Shown here: in pieces, positions 15,001 through 29,235 of the stretch
How positions within the stretch are numbered: position 1 is the stretch's first letter
Layout: every line of letters begins with the position of its first letter
NCBI GenBank assembly: GCA_037447605.1
Contig: CM074823.1
Coordinates: 1 to 64,000 of the forward strand
DNA: 64,000 bases
Source of the DNA: Zygnema circumcarinatum SAG 698-1b
Lineage: Eukaryota; Plantae; Zygnematophyceae
Direction of reading: 5' to 3'
The notes under the pieces: model-generated
Database searches by the model: none
Told to the model about the DNA's origin: nothing
What the model saw: the letters and a program-made list of their open reading frames with translations, nothing else
Position numbers and translations under genes: made by a program

Positions 15001-18000
15001 TGACCGCGTCTGATAGTTGCACGTTCACTACATACGTCCACTCCGTTATACATAACTTTTTTTGTCTTTTATTCTTTTGCACCGAAATTTCTCAGCGTCA
15101 CTCTTACGATTGAGTCCGCCGTATGCACAAAAAGTTTGAGTCAATTAAGCGTTGTCCTATTACGGATATGGACGTTTTGTGACACGTCGCGATAAGTTGC
15201 GTTCACATACGTAATCCCACTCCGTTATACATAGCTTTTTTGTCTTTTATTCTTTTGCACCGAAATTTCTCAGCGTCACTCTACAGTGAGTCCGCCGTAT
15301 GCACAAAAAGTTTGAGTCGATTAAGCGTTCTCCTGATACCGGATATGGACGTTTTTGTGGCGCGTCGCGATGAGTTGCGTTCACCCCATGCAACGTCCAC
15401 TCCGTGACCACATAACTTTTTGTCTTTTATTCTTTTGCACCGAAATTTCTCAGCGTCACTCTACAGTGAGTCCGCCGTATGCACAAAAAGTTTGAGTCAA
15501 TTAAGCGTTGTCCCTATTCAGATATGGACGTTTTTGTGACACGTGCAATAAGTTGCGTTCCTATACACGTCCACTCCGTTATATATAACTTTTTTGTCTT
15601 TTACTTTTGTGCTCCGAAATTTCTTAGCGTCACTCTACTGTGTGTCCGCCGTATGCACAAAACGTTTGAGTCCATTTGGCGTTCTCCCTATTCAAATATG
15701 GACGTTTTTTTGTGACACCGTCGCGATAGGATTCTTGCGTTCACCCGTACATGTCCGCTCCGTTATACATAACTTTTTGTCTTTTTACTCTTTTGCACCA
15801 GGAATTTCACAGGCGTCGACTCTCTGATGAGTCCGCCGTAATGCACAAAAAGTTTGAGAATCCCGATTAAGCGTTCTCCTGACCAGGATATGGACGTTTT
15901 TGTGACCGCGCGTCGCGATAAATTTGTGTTCGCACACTCACGGTATCCCTCCGTTATCACGTAGCCGGTACACAACTAGCTGCTGGCGAAATTTCGCAGC
16001 GTTACTCTCACGATTGAAGGTCCGCCGTATGCACAAAAGTTTGAAAGGTCATTTTAATGGTTCTCTATTCAGATATGGACGTTTTGTGACGCGTCTGATA
16101 GGTTCGTTCATACACGTCGACTCCGTTATACATAGCACATCTTTTATTCTTTTGCACCGAAATTTCTCAGCGTCACTCTGATTGAGTCCGCCGTATGCAC
16201 AAAAGTTTGGTCGGTCGCGTTGTCACTATTGGATATGGACGTTTTTGACACGTCGCGATAAGTTCGCGTTCTATCGTGTCCAGCTCGGGTTATACATAAC
16301 TTTTTTTGTCTTTTTACTCACCATTGCATCCAGATTTCTTAGCGGCGCTCACAATTTTGAGTCCATGAGTATGCCTAAAAAAGTTTAAGTCCGATTAAGC
16401 CCGTTCTCCACTGATATTCGGATATGGACGTTTTTGTGACACGTCTGCCGATAGGTTGCGTTCTTTATCTGGCGTCAGCTACGTGATCGTAACTTTTTTG
16501 TCTTTTATTAACTGGCGCTGCGGGGAATTTCACCGGCTGTCGACTCTCTGATGAGTCCGCCGTATGCAAAAAGTTTGAGTCGGTCGCGTTATCCCACTTA
16601 TTGAGATAACGGACGTTTTTGTGACACGTGCAATAAGTTTGGGTTCTTAATACCGATAAAATCCGTTATCTCTCGCTTTTATGCTTTTCTAACTTTTGTG
16701 CTCCGGGAGATTTCTTGGCGTCGGCTCGCTGCGGTATCGCCGTACAAAGGGTGGTCCATTTGGCGTTCGCCGGATATGGACAACGTTTTGCGGCGGTGAT
16801 AAGTTCGTTCACTATCGTATCCGGCTCCGTTATAAGCACGTAACTTCGCTCTTTCGCTGCCCGAAATTCGGCGTCGGCTCTGATTGAGTCGCCGTATGCA
16901 CAAGTTTTAGATCAATTAAGCGTTATCCCCATTCGGAATATGGACGTTTTGTAGTGGCGTCGCGGGTAGGTTTGCGTTCACCTATCACGCGTCGACTCAG
17001 GTTGCATACCCCGCCAACGATTTTTGTCTTTTACCTTTTGCACCGGAATTTCTGCGGCGTAAAACTCTGATGCCGGAGTCGCCGTATGCACAAAAAGTTT
17101 GAGTCGATTAAGCGTTCTCCTTATTCAGATATGGACGTTTTTGTGACACGTGCAATAGGTTGCGTTCCTATACACGTCCACTCCGTTATACATAACGTTT
17201 TTGTCTTTTACGCTTTTGCACCGAAAATTCTCAGCGTCACTCTACAGTGAGTCCGCCGTATGCACAAAAAGTTTGAGTCAATTAAGCGTTCTCCCTATTC
17301 ACATATGGACGTTTTAGTGACACGTGCAATAGGTTGCGTTCCTATACACGTCCACTCCGTTATACATAACTTTTTTGTCTTTTACTCTTTTGCACCGGGA
17401 ATTTCTCAGCGTCACTCTGATTGGAGTCCGCCGTATGCACAAAAAGTTTGAGTCAATTAAGCGTTCTCCTATTCAGATATGGACGTTTTGTGACACGCGT
17501 CGCGATAGGTTAGCGTTCTATACACGTCCACTCCGTTATATAACTTTTTGCTTTTATTCTTTTGCACCAGAATTTCTCAGCGTCACTCTACAGTGAGTCC
17601 GCCGTATGCACAAAAGTTTATCAATTAAGCGTTGTCCCTATTCAGATATGGACGTTTTTGTGACACGTGCAATAAGTTGCGTTCCTATACATGTCCACTC
17701 CGTTGTACATTACTTTTTTGTCTTTTACTCTTTTTTACCGAAATTTCTCAGCGTCACTCTACAGTGAGTCCGCCGTATGCACAAAAAGTTTGGGTCAATT
17801 TGGCGTTCTTTCTATTCAGATATCGACGTTTTTGATGACAGGTGTAATAGGTTGCGTTCCTATATTTGTCCACTCCGTTATTCATAACTTTTTTGTCTTT
17901 TACTCTTTTGCACCGAAATTTCTCAGCGTCACTCTACAGTGAGTCCGCCGTATGCACAAAAAGTTTGAGTCAATTAAGCGTTCTCCCTATTCAGATATGG

Positions 18001-21000
18001 ACGTTTTTGTGACACGTGCAATAGGTTGCGTTCCTATACACGTCCACTCCGTTATACATAACGTTTTTGTCTTTTACGCTTTTGCACCGAAAATTCTCAG
18101 CGTCACTCTACAGTGAGTCCGCCGTATGCACAAAAAGTTTGAGTCATTTAAGCGTTCTCCCTATTCAGATATGGACGTTTTTGTGACACGTGCAATAGGT
18201 TGCGTTCCTATACACGTCCACTCCGTTATATATAACTTTTTTGTCTTTTACTTTTGTGCTCCGAAATTTCTTAGCGTCACTCTACTGTGTGTCCGCCGTA
18301 TGCACAAAAAGATTGAGTCCATTTGGCGTTCTCCTTATTCAGATATGGACGTTTTTGTGACACGTGCAATAAGTTGCGTTCCTATACATGTCCACTCCGT
18401 TATACATAACTTTTTTGTCTTTTATTCTTTTGCACCGAAATTTCTCATCGTCACTCTATAGTGAGTCCGCCGTATGCACAAAAAGTTTGAGTCAATTTGG
18501 CGTTCTCCCTATTCAAATATGGACGTTTTTGTGACACGTGCAATAGGTTGCGTTCCTATACACGTCCACTCCGTTATATATAATATTTTTGTCTTTTATT
18601 TTTTTGCACCTAAATTTCTCAGCGTCACTCTATAGTGAGTCCGCCGTATGCACAAAAAGTTAGAGTCAATTAAGCGTTCTCCCTATTCTGATATGGACGT
18701 TTTTGTGACACGTGCAATAAGTTGCGTTCCTATACATGTCCACTCCGTTATACATAACTTTTTTGTCTTTTACTCTTTTGCACCGAAATTTCTCAGCGTC
18801 ACTCTACAGTGAGTCCGCCGTATGCACAAAACGTTTGAGTCAATTTGGCGTTTTTTCTTTTCAGATATGGACGTTTTTGTGACACGTGCAATAAGTTGCG
18901 TTCCTATACATGTCCACTCCGTTATACATAACTTTTTTGTCTTTTACTCTTTTGCACCGAAATTTCCCAGCGTCACTCTGATGAGTCGCCGTATGCCTGA
19001 AAAAGTTTGAGTCAATTAAGCGTTCTCCTTGTTATTCAGATATGGACGTTTTTGTGACGTGCAATAGGTTCGCGTTCTATACGATCCACTCCGTTCCATA
19101 CATAACGTTTTTGTCTTTTCGCTTTTTGCGCGAAATTTCTCAGGCGTCACTCTGATTAAGGTCCGCCAGTATGCACAAAAGTTTGGAGTCAATTAAGCGT
19201 TCTCCTATTCAGATATGGACGTTTTAGTGACCGTCGCGATAGGTTCGCGTTCATACACGTCGCTCTGTTATACATAACGTTTTGTCTTTTACTCTTTCAC
19301 CGAGAATTTCCTCAGCGTCACTCTACAGTGAGTCCGCCGTATGCACAAAAGTTTGAGTCAATTAAGCGTTCTCCTATTCAGATATATGGACGTTTTGCGT
19401 GACACGTCTTGATAAGTTCGCGTTCTATACACGTCCACTCCGTTATACATAACTTTTGTCTTTTTATTCTTTTGCACCAGAATTTCTCAGCGTCACTCGG
19501 TGAGTCCGCCGTATGCACAAAAGTTTGAGATCAATTAAGCGTTGTCCCTGACCAGATATGGACGTTTTTGTGACGTCTGCGATAGGATTTAGTTCTATGC
19601 ATGTCGACTCCGTTATACATAACGTTTTTGTCTTTTACTCTTTTGCACTGAAATTTCTCAGCGTCACTCTACAGTGAGTTCGCCGTATGCACAAAAAGTT
19701 TGAGTCAATTAAGCGTTCTCCCTATTCAGATATGGACGTTTTTGTCACACGTCCAATAGGTTGCGTTCCTATACACGTCCACTCCGTTATACATAACGTT
19801 TTTGTCTTTTACTCTTTCACACCGAAATTTCTCAGCGTCACTCTACAGTGAGTCCGCCGTATGCACAAAAAGTTTGAGTCAATTAAGCGTTGTCCCTATT
19901 CAGATATGGACGTTTTTGTGACACGTGCAATAAGTTGCGTTCCTATACATGTCCACTCCGTTATACATAACTTTTTTGTCTTTTACTCTTTTGCACCGAA
20001 ATTTCTCAGCGTCACTCTACAGTGAGTCCGCCGTATGCACAAAAAGTTTGAGTCAATTAAGCGTTGTCCCTATTCAGATATGGACGTTTTTGTGACACGT
20101 GCAATAAGTTGCGTTCCTATACATGTCCACTCCGTTATACATAACTTTTTTGTCTTTTACTCTTTTGCACCGAAATTTCTCAGCGTCACACTACAGTGAG
20201 TCCGCCGTATGCACAAAAAGTTTGAGTTCAATTAAGCGTTCTCCCTATTCAGATATGGCCGTTTTTGTGACACGTCGCGATAGGTTGCGTTCTATACCGC
20301 GTCCACTCCGTTATATATAACTTTTTGTCTTTTATTCTTTTGCACCGAAATTTCTCAGCGTCACTCTACAGTGAGTCCGCCGTATGCACAAAAGTTTCCA
20401 GTCAATTAAGCGTTCTCCCTATTCAGATATGGACGTTTTTGTGACACGTGCAATAGGTTGCGTTCCTATACACGTCCACTCCGTTATACATAACTTTTCT
20501 GTCTTTTATTCTTTTGCACCGAAATTTCTCAGCGTCACTCTACAGTGAGTCCGCCGTATGCACAAAAAGTTTGAGTCAATTAAGCGTTGTCCCTATTCAG
20601 ATATGGACGTTTTTGTGACACGTGCAATAAGTTGCGTTCCTATACATGTCCACTCCGTTATACATAACGTTTTTGTCTTTTACTCTTTTGCACCGAAATT
20701 TCTCAGCGTCACTCTATAGTGAGTCCGCCGTATGCACAAAAAGTTTGAGTCAATTAAGCGTTCTCACTATTCAGATATGGACGTTTTTGTGACACGTGCA
20801 ATAGGTTGCGTTCCTATACACGTCCACTCCGTTATACATAACTTTTTTGTCTTTTACTCTTTTGCACCGAAATTTCTCAGCGTCACTCTACAGTGAGTCC
20901 GCCGTATGCACAAAAAGTTTGAGTCAATTTGGCGTTCTCCTTATTCAGATATGGACGTTTTTGTGACACGTGCAATAAGTTGCGTTCCTATACATGTCCA

Positions 21001-23312
21001 CTCCGTTATACATAACTTTTTTGTCTTTTACTCTTTTGCACCGAAATTTCTCAGCGTCACTCTACAGTGAGTCCGCCGTATGCACAAAAAGTTTGAGTCA
21101 ATTAAGCGTTCTCCCTATTCAGATATGGACGTTTTTGTGACACGTGCAATAAGTTGTGTTCCCTCAATGTCCACTCCGTTATACGCCTTATTTTCTTTTT
21201 ACTCTCTTTTGCACCGAAATTTCGCGGCGTTACTCTGATGAGTCCGCCGTATGCACAAAAAGTTTGAGTCATTTAAGCGTTCTCCATGTCCGGATATGGA
21301 CACGTTTTTGTGACCGCGTCGCGATAGGTTGTACGTTCTATACACGTCCACTCCGTTATATATAACTTTTTGTCTTTTACTTTTTTGTGCTCCGGAAATT
21401 TCTTAGCGTCACTCCTTTTATTATTGTCAGCCCGTATGCACAAAAGATTAGATCCATTGGCGTTCTCCGCCCATTATTCAGATATAGATTGTTTGTGACA
21501 CGTCGCGATAAGTTGCGTTCTATATATATCCCACTCCGTTATACCTGCTTTTTGTCTTTTATTCTTTTGCACCGAAATTTCTCATCGTCACTCTATAGTG
21601 AGTCCGCCGTATGCACAAAAAGTTTGAGTCAATTTGGCGTTCTCCCCATTCAAATATGGACGTTTTTGTGACACGTGCAATAGGTTGCGTTCCTATACAC
21701 GTCCACTCCGTTATATATAATATTTTTGTCTTTTATTCTTTTGCACCTAAATTTCCGGCGTCACTCATAGTGAGTCCGCCGTATGCACAAAAAGTTAGAG
21801 TCGATTAAAAGCGTTCTCCATTACGATATGGACGTTTTGTGACACGTCGCGATGGAGTTGGTTCTGCACTCCGTTATACATAACTTTTGTGTCTTTTACT
21901 CTTTTCCACCGAAATTTCTCAGCGTCACTCTACAGTGAGTCCGCCGTATGCACAAAACGTTTGAGTCAATTAAGCGTTCTCCCAATTCAGATATGGACGT
22001 TTTTGTGACACGTGCAATAAGTTGCGTTCCTATACACGTCCACTCCGTTATATATAACTTTTTTGTCTTTTACTTTTGTGCTCCGAAATTTCTTAGCGTC
22101 ACTCTACTGTGTGTCCGCCGTATGCACAAAAAGATTGAGTCCATTTGGCGTTCTCCCTATTCAGATATGGACGTTTTTGTGACACGTGCTATAGGTTGCG
22201 TTCCTATACACGTCCACTCCGTTAATCATAACTTTTTTGTCTTTTAGTTTTTTGCACCGAAATTTCCCAGCGTCACTCTACAGTGAGTCCGCCGTATGCA
22301 CGAAAAGTTTGAGTCAATTAAGCGTTCTCCCTATTCAGATATGGACGTTTTTGTGACACGTGCAATAGGTTGCGTTTCTATACACGTCTACTCCGTTATA
22401 CATAACGTTTTTGTCTTTTTCGCTTTTGCACCGAAATTTCTCAGCGTCACTCTACAGTGAGTCCGCCGTATGCACAAAAAGTTTGAGTCAATTAAGCGTT
22501 CTCCCTATTCAGATATGGACGTTTTTGTGACACGTGCAATAAGTTGTGTTCCTATACATGTCCACTCCGTTATACATAACTTTTTTGTCTTTTACTCTTT
22601 TGCACCGAAATTTCTCAGCGTCACTCTACAGTGAGTCCGCCGTATGCACAAAAAGTTTGAGTCAATTAAGCGTTCTCCCTATTCAGATATGGACGTTTTT
22701 GTGACACGTGCAATAGGTTGCGTTCCTATACACGTCCACTCCGTTATACATAACTTTTTTGTCTTTTATTCTTTTGCACCGAAATTTCTCAGCGTCACTC
22801 TACAGTGAGTCCGCCGTATGCACAAAAAGTTTGAGTCAATTAAGCGTTGTCCCTATTCAGATATGGACGTTTTTGTGACACGTGCAATAAGTTGCGTTCC
22901 TATACATGTCCACTCCGTTATACATTACTTTTTTGTCTTTTACTCTTTTGCACCGAAATTTCTCAGCGTCACTCTACAGTGAGTCCGCCGTATGCACAAA
23001 AAGTTTGAGTCAATTAAGCGTTCTCCGTATTCAGATATGGACGTTTTTGTGACACGTGCAATAGGTTGCGTTCCTATACACGTCCACTCCGTTATACATA
23101 ACTTTTTTGTCTTTTATTCTTTTGCACCGAAATTTCTCAGCGTCACTCTACAGTGAGTCCGCCGTATGCACAAAAAGTTTGAGTCAATTAAGCGTTCTCC
23201 CTATTCAGATATGGACGTTTTTGTGACACGTGCAATAGGTTGCGTTCCTATACACGTCCACTCCGTTATACATAACTTTCTTGTCTTTTATTCGTTTGCA
23301 CCGAAATTTCTC
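1..23312 (+). repeat. 174-bp tandem satellite, subfamily A (~134 monomers; continues beyond window start)
   Basis: The monomer GTCTTTTACTCTTTTGCACCGAAATTTCTCAGCGTCACTCTACAGTGAGTCCGCCGTATGCACAAAAAGTTTGAG... restarts at 1, 175, 349 and so on (period 174). Diagnostic core: ATGGACGTTTTTGTGACACGTGCAATAGGTTGCGTTCCTATACAC. Confidence 0.98.
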
Positions 23313-26300
23313 ACTATATACGTCCACTCCGTTATTTATAACTTTTTTGTCTTTTACTTTTTAGCACCGAAATTTCTTTGCGTCACGCTACAGTGTTTCT
23401 GCCGTATGCAAAAAAAGTTTGAGTCAATTAAGCGTTCTCCGTATTGAGTTATGGACCGTTTAGTGATACGTGCAACACGTTTTTTTACTATAGACGTCCA
23501 CTCCGTTAAATATAACTTTTTTGTCTTTTTCTTTTTTGCACAGAAATTTCTCTGCCTCACGCTACAGTGTGTTTGCCGTATGCAAAAAAAGTTTGAGTCA
23601 ATAAGGCGTTCTCCGTATTCAGTTATGGACCGTAGAGTGACACGTGCAACACGTTTTTTTACTATATACGTCCACTCCGTTATATATAACTTTTTTGTCT
23701 TTTACTTTTTTGAACCGAAATTTCTCTGCGTCACGCGACAGTGTGTATGCCGGATTTACAAAAAGTTTGAGTCAATTACGCGTTCTCCGTATTCAGTTAC
23801 GGACCGTTGAGTGACACGTGCAACACGTTTATTTACTATATACGTCCACTCCGTTATATATAACTTTTTTGTCTTTTACTTTTTTGCATAGGAATTTCTC
23901 TGCGTCACGCTGCAGTGTGTTTGCCGTATGCAAAAAAAGTTTGAGTCAATTAAGCGTTCTCCGTATTGAGTTATGGACTGTTTAGTGACACGTGCAACAC
24001 GTTTTTTTACTATATACGTCCACTCCGTTATATATAACTTGTTTTTCTTTTACATTTTTGCACCGAAATTTCTCTGCGTCACGCTACACTGTGTTTTCCG
24101 TATGCAAAAAAAGTTTAAGTCTATTAGGCGTTCTGCGTATTCAGTTATGGACTGTTTAGTGACACGTGCAACACGTTTTTTTACTATATACGTCCACTCC
24201 GTTATATATAACTTGTTTTTCTTTTACATTTTTGCACCGAAATTTCTCTGCGTCAAGCGGCAATGTGTCTGCCGAATGCAAAAAAAGTTTGAGTCAATTA
24301 GGCGTTCTCCGTATTCAGTTATGGACCGTTTAGTGACACGTGCAACACGTTTTTTTACTATATACGTCCACTCCGTTATATATAACTTTTTTGTCTTTTA
24401 CATATTTGCACCGAAATTTCTCTACGTCACGCTATAGTGTGTCTGCCGTATGCAAAAAAAGTTTGAGTCACTTAGGCGTTCTCCGTATTCAGTTATGGAC
24501 CGTTGAGTGACACGTGCAACACGTTTTTTTACTATATACGTCCACTCCGTTATATATAACTTTTTTGTCTTTTATTTTTTTGCATAGGAATTTCTCTGCG
24601 TCACGCTGCAGTGTGTCTGCCGTATGCAAAAAAAGTTTGAGTCAATTAGGCGTTCTCCGTATTCAGTTATGGACCGTTGAGTGACACGTGCAACACGTTT
24701 TTTTACTATATACGTCCACTCCGTTATATATAACTTTTTTGTCTTTTTTTTTTTTTTACCGAAATTTCTTTGCGTCACGCTACAGTGTGTCTGCCGTATG
24801 CAAAAAAAGTTTGAGTCAATTAGGCGTTCTCCGTATTCAGTTATGGACCGTTGAGTGACACGTGCAACACGTTTTTTTACTATATACGTCCACTCCGTTA
24901 TATATAACTTTTGTGTCTTTTACTTTTTTGCACCGAAATTTCTCTACGTCACGCGACAGTGTGTATGCCGGATGCACAAAAAGTTTGAGTCAATTAGGCG
25001 TTCTCCGTATTCAGTTATGGACCGTTGAGTGACACGTGCAACACGTTTTTTTACTATATACGTCCACTCCGTTATATATAACTTTTTTGTCTTTTACATT
25101 TTTGCACCGAAATTTCTCTGCGTCACGCAACAGTGTGTCTGCCGTATGAAAAAAAAATTTTGAGTCAGTTAGGCGTTCTCCGTATTCAGTTATGGACCGT
25201 TTAGTGACACGTGCAACACGTTTTTTTACTATATACCTCCACTCCGTTATATATAACTTTTTTGTCGTTTACATTTTTGCACCGAAATTTCTCTACGTCA
25301 CGCAAGAGTGTGTCTGCCGAATGCAAAAAAAGTTTGAGTCATTTAGGCGTTCTCCGTATTCAGTTATAGACCGTTGAGTGACACGTGTACCACAAGTATT
25401 TACTATATACGTCCACAGCGTTATATATAACTTTTTTATCTTTTTTTTTTTTTGCACCGAAATTTCTTTGCGTCACGCTAGAGTGTGTCTGCCGTATGCA
25501 AAAATAGTTTGAGTCAATTAGGCGTTCTCCGTATTCAGTTATGGACCGTTTAGTGACACGTGCAACACGTTTTCTTACTATATACATCCACTCCGTTATA
25601 TATAACTTTTTTGTCTTTAACATTTTTGCACCGAAATTTCTCTGCTCATGCTACAGTCAATTTGCCGTATGCAAAAAAAGTTTGAGTCAATTAGGCGTTC
25701 TCCGTATTCAGTTATGGACCGTTTAGTGACACGTGCAACACGTTTTTTTACTATATACATCCACTCCGTTATGTATAACTTTTTTGTCTTTTACTTTTTT
25801 GCACCGAAATTTCTTTGCGTCACGCTACAGTGTTTCAGCCGTATGCAAAAAAAGTTTGAGTCAATTAAGCGTTCTCCGTATTGAGTTATGGACCGTTTAG
25901 TGACACGTGCAACACGTTTTTTTACTATATACGTCCACTCCGTTATATATAACTTTTTTTGTCTTTTACTTTTTTGCCTCGAAATTTCTCTACGTTACGC
26001 GACAGTGTGTATGCCGGATGCACAAAAAGTTTGAGTCAATTAGGCGTTCTCCGTATTCACTTATGGACCGTTGAGTGACACGTGCAACACGTTTATTTAC
26101 TATATACGTCCACTCCGTTATATATAACTTTTTTGTCTTTTCTTTTTTTGCACCAAAATTTCTCTACGTCACGCTACACTATGTTTTCCGTATGCAAAAA
26201 AAGTTTAAGTCTATTAGGCGTTCTGCGTATTCAGTTATGGACCGTTGAGTGACACGTGCAACACGTTTTTTTACTATATACGTCCACTCCGTTATATATA

Positions 26301-29235
26301 ACTTTTGTGTCTTTTACTTTTTTGCACCGAAATTCTCTACGTCACGCGACAGTGTGTCTGCCGTATGCAAAAAAAGTTTGAGTCAATTAGGCGTTCTCCG
26401 TATTCAGTTATGGACCGTTTAGTGACACGTGCAACACGTTTTTTTACTATATACGTCCACTCCGTTATATATAACTTTTTTGTCTTTTACTTTTTTGCAC
26501 CGAAATTTCTCTACGTCACGCTGCAGTGTGTCTGCCGTATGCAAAAAAAGTTTGAGTCAATTAGGCGTTCTCCGTATTCAGTTATGGACCGTTTAGTGAC
26601 ACGTGCAACACGTTTTTTTACTATATACGTCCACTCCGTTATATATAACTTTTTTGTCTTTTACATTTTTGCACCGAAATTTCTCTACGTCACGCTACAG
26701 TGTGTCTGCCGTATGCAAAAAAAGTTTGAGTCAATTAGGCGTTCTCCGTATTCAGTTATGGACCGTTTAGTGACACGTGCAACACGTTTTTTGACTATAT
26801 ACCTCCACTCCGTTATATATAACTTTTTTGTCTTTTACATTTTTGCACCGAAATTTCTCTGCGTCACGCTACAGTGTGTCTGCCGTATGCAAAAAACGTT
26901 TGAGTCACTTAGGCGTTCTCCGTATTCAGTTATGGACCGTTTAGTGACACGTGCAACACGTTTTTTTACTATATACCTCCACTCCGTTATATATAACTTT
27001 TTTGTCTTTTACATTTTTGCACCGAAATTTCTCTACGTCACGCGACAGTGTGTCAGCCGTATGCAAAAAAAGTTTGAGTCAATTAAGCGTTCTCCGTATT
27101 CAGTTATGGACCGTTTAGTGACACGTGCAACACGTTTATTTACTATATACGTCCACTCCGTTATATATAACTTTTTTGTCTTTTACTTTTTTGCATAAGA
27201 ATTTCTCTGCGTCACGCTGCAGTGTGTCTGTCGTATGCAAAAAAAGTTTGAGTCAATTAGGCGTTCTCCGTATTCAGTTATGGTCCGTTTAGTGACACGT
27301 GCAACACGTTTTTTTACTATATACCTCCACTCCGTTATATATAACTTTTTTGTCTTTTACATTTTTGCACCGAAATTTCTCTGCTCACGCTACAGTGTGT
27401 CTGCCGTATGCAAAAAAAGTTTGAGTCAATTAGGCGTTCTCCGTATTCAGTTATGGACCGTTTAGTGACACGTGCAACACGTTTTTTTACTATATACGTC
27501 CACTCCGTTATATATAACTTTTGTGTCTTTTACTTTTTTGCACCGAAATTCTCTACGTCACGCGACAGTGTGTATGCCGGATGCACAAAAAGTTTGAGTC
27601 AATAAGGCGTTCTCCGTATTCAGTTATGGACCGTTGAGTGACACGTGCAACACGTTTATTTACTATATACGTCCACTCCGTTATATATAACTTTTTTGTC
27701 TTTTCTTTTTTTGCACCAAAATTTCTCTGCGTCACGCTACACTGTGTTTTCCGTATGCAAAAAAAGTTTAAGTCTATTAGGCGTTCTGCGTATTCAGTTA
27801 TGGACCGTTTAGTGACACGTGCAACACGTTTTTTTTCTATATACGTCCACTCCGTTATATATAACTTTTTTGTCTTTTACATTTTTGCACCGAAATTTCT
27901 CTGCTCAGGCTACAGTCAATCTGCCGTATGCAAAAAACGTTTGAGTCAATTAGGCGTTCTCCGTATTCAGTTATGGACCGTTTAGTGACACGTGCAACAC
28001 GTTTTTTGACTATATACCTCCACTCCGTTATATATAACTTTTTTGTCTTTTACATTTTTGCACCGAAATTTCTCTGCGTCACGCTACAGTGTGTCTGCCG
28101 TATGCAAAAAAAGTTTGAGTCACTTAGGCGTTCTCCGTATTCAGTTATGGACCGTTTAGTGACACGTGCAACACGTTTTTTTACTATATACCTCCACTCC
28201 GTAATATATAACTTTTTTGTCTTTTACATTTTTGCACCGAAATTTCTCTCCGTCACGCTACAGTGTGTCAGCCGTATGCAAAAAAAGTTTGAGTCAATTA
28301 AGCGTTCTCCGTATTCAGTTATGGACCGTTTAGTGACACGTGCAACACGTTTTTTTACTATATACGTCCACTCCGTTATATATAACTTTTTTGTCTTTTA
28401 CATTTTTGCACCGAAATTTCTCTGCGTCACGCTACAGTGTGTCTGCCGTATGCAAAAAAAGTTTGAGTCAATTAGGCGTTCTCCGTATTCAGTTATGGAC
28501 CGTTTAGTGACACGTGCAACACGTTTTTTGACTATATACCTCCACTCCGTTATATATAACTTTTTTGTCTTTTACATTTTTGCACCGAAATTTCTCTGCG
28601 TCACGCTACAGTGTGTCTGCCGTATGCAAAAAAAGTTTGAGTCACTTAGGCGTTCTCCGTATTCAGTTATGGACCGTTTAGTGACACGTGCAACACGTTT
28701 TTTTACTATATACCTCCACTCCGTAATATATAACTTTTTTGTCTTTTACATTTTTGCACCGAAATTTCTCTCCGTCACGCTACAGTGTGTCTGCCGTATG
28801 CAAAAAAAGTTTGAGTCACTTAGGCGTTCTCCGTATTCAGTTATAGACCGTTGAGTGACACGTGCAACACGTTTTTTTACTATATACGTCCACTCCGTTA
28901 TATATAACTTTTTTGTCTTTTACATTTTTGCACCGAAATTTCTCTACGTCACGCGACAGTGTGTCTGCCGTATGCAAAAAAAGTTTGAGTCACTTAAGCG
29001 TTCTCCGTATTCAGTTATGGACCGTTTAGTGACACGTGCAATACGTTTTTTTACTATATACCTCCACTCCGTTATATATAACTTTTTTGTCTTTTACATT
29101 TTTGCACCAAAATTTCTTTACGTGACGCTACAGTGTGTCTGTCGTATGCAAAAAAAGTTTGAGTCAATTAGGCGTTCTCCGTATTCAGTTATGGACCATT
29201 TAGTGACACCTGCAACACGTTTATTTACTATATAC
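23313..29235 (+). repeat. 174-bp tandem satellite, subfamily B (~34 monomers)
   Basis: Same length and frame (58-codon periodicity in ORFs 26305-27198 and 27928-28854) with fixed differences: TTATGGACCGTTTAGTGACACGTGCAACACGTTTTTTTACTATATAC and CTGCGTCACGCTACAGTGTGTCTGCCG. Confidence 0.97.

Noticed and set aside
1-29235. CRISPR-like array
   Set aside because: No unique spacers; the whole 174-bp unit repeats. Context is eukaryotic and there are no cas genes.
1-29235. 5S rDNA or tRNA tandem array
   Set aside because: No 5S internal control region or tRNA A/B boxes recognisable in the monomer.
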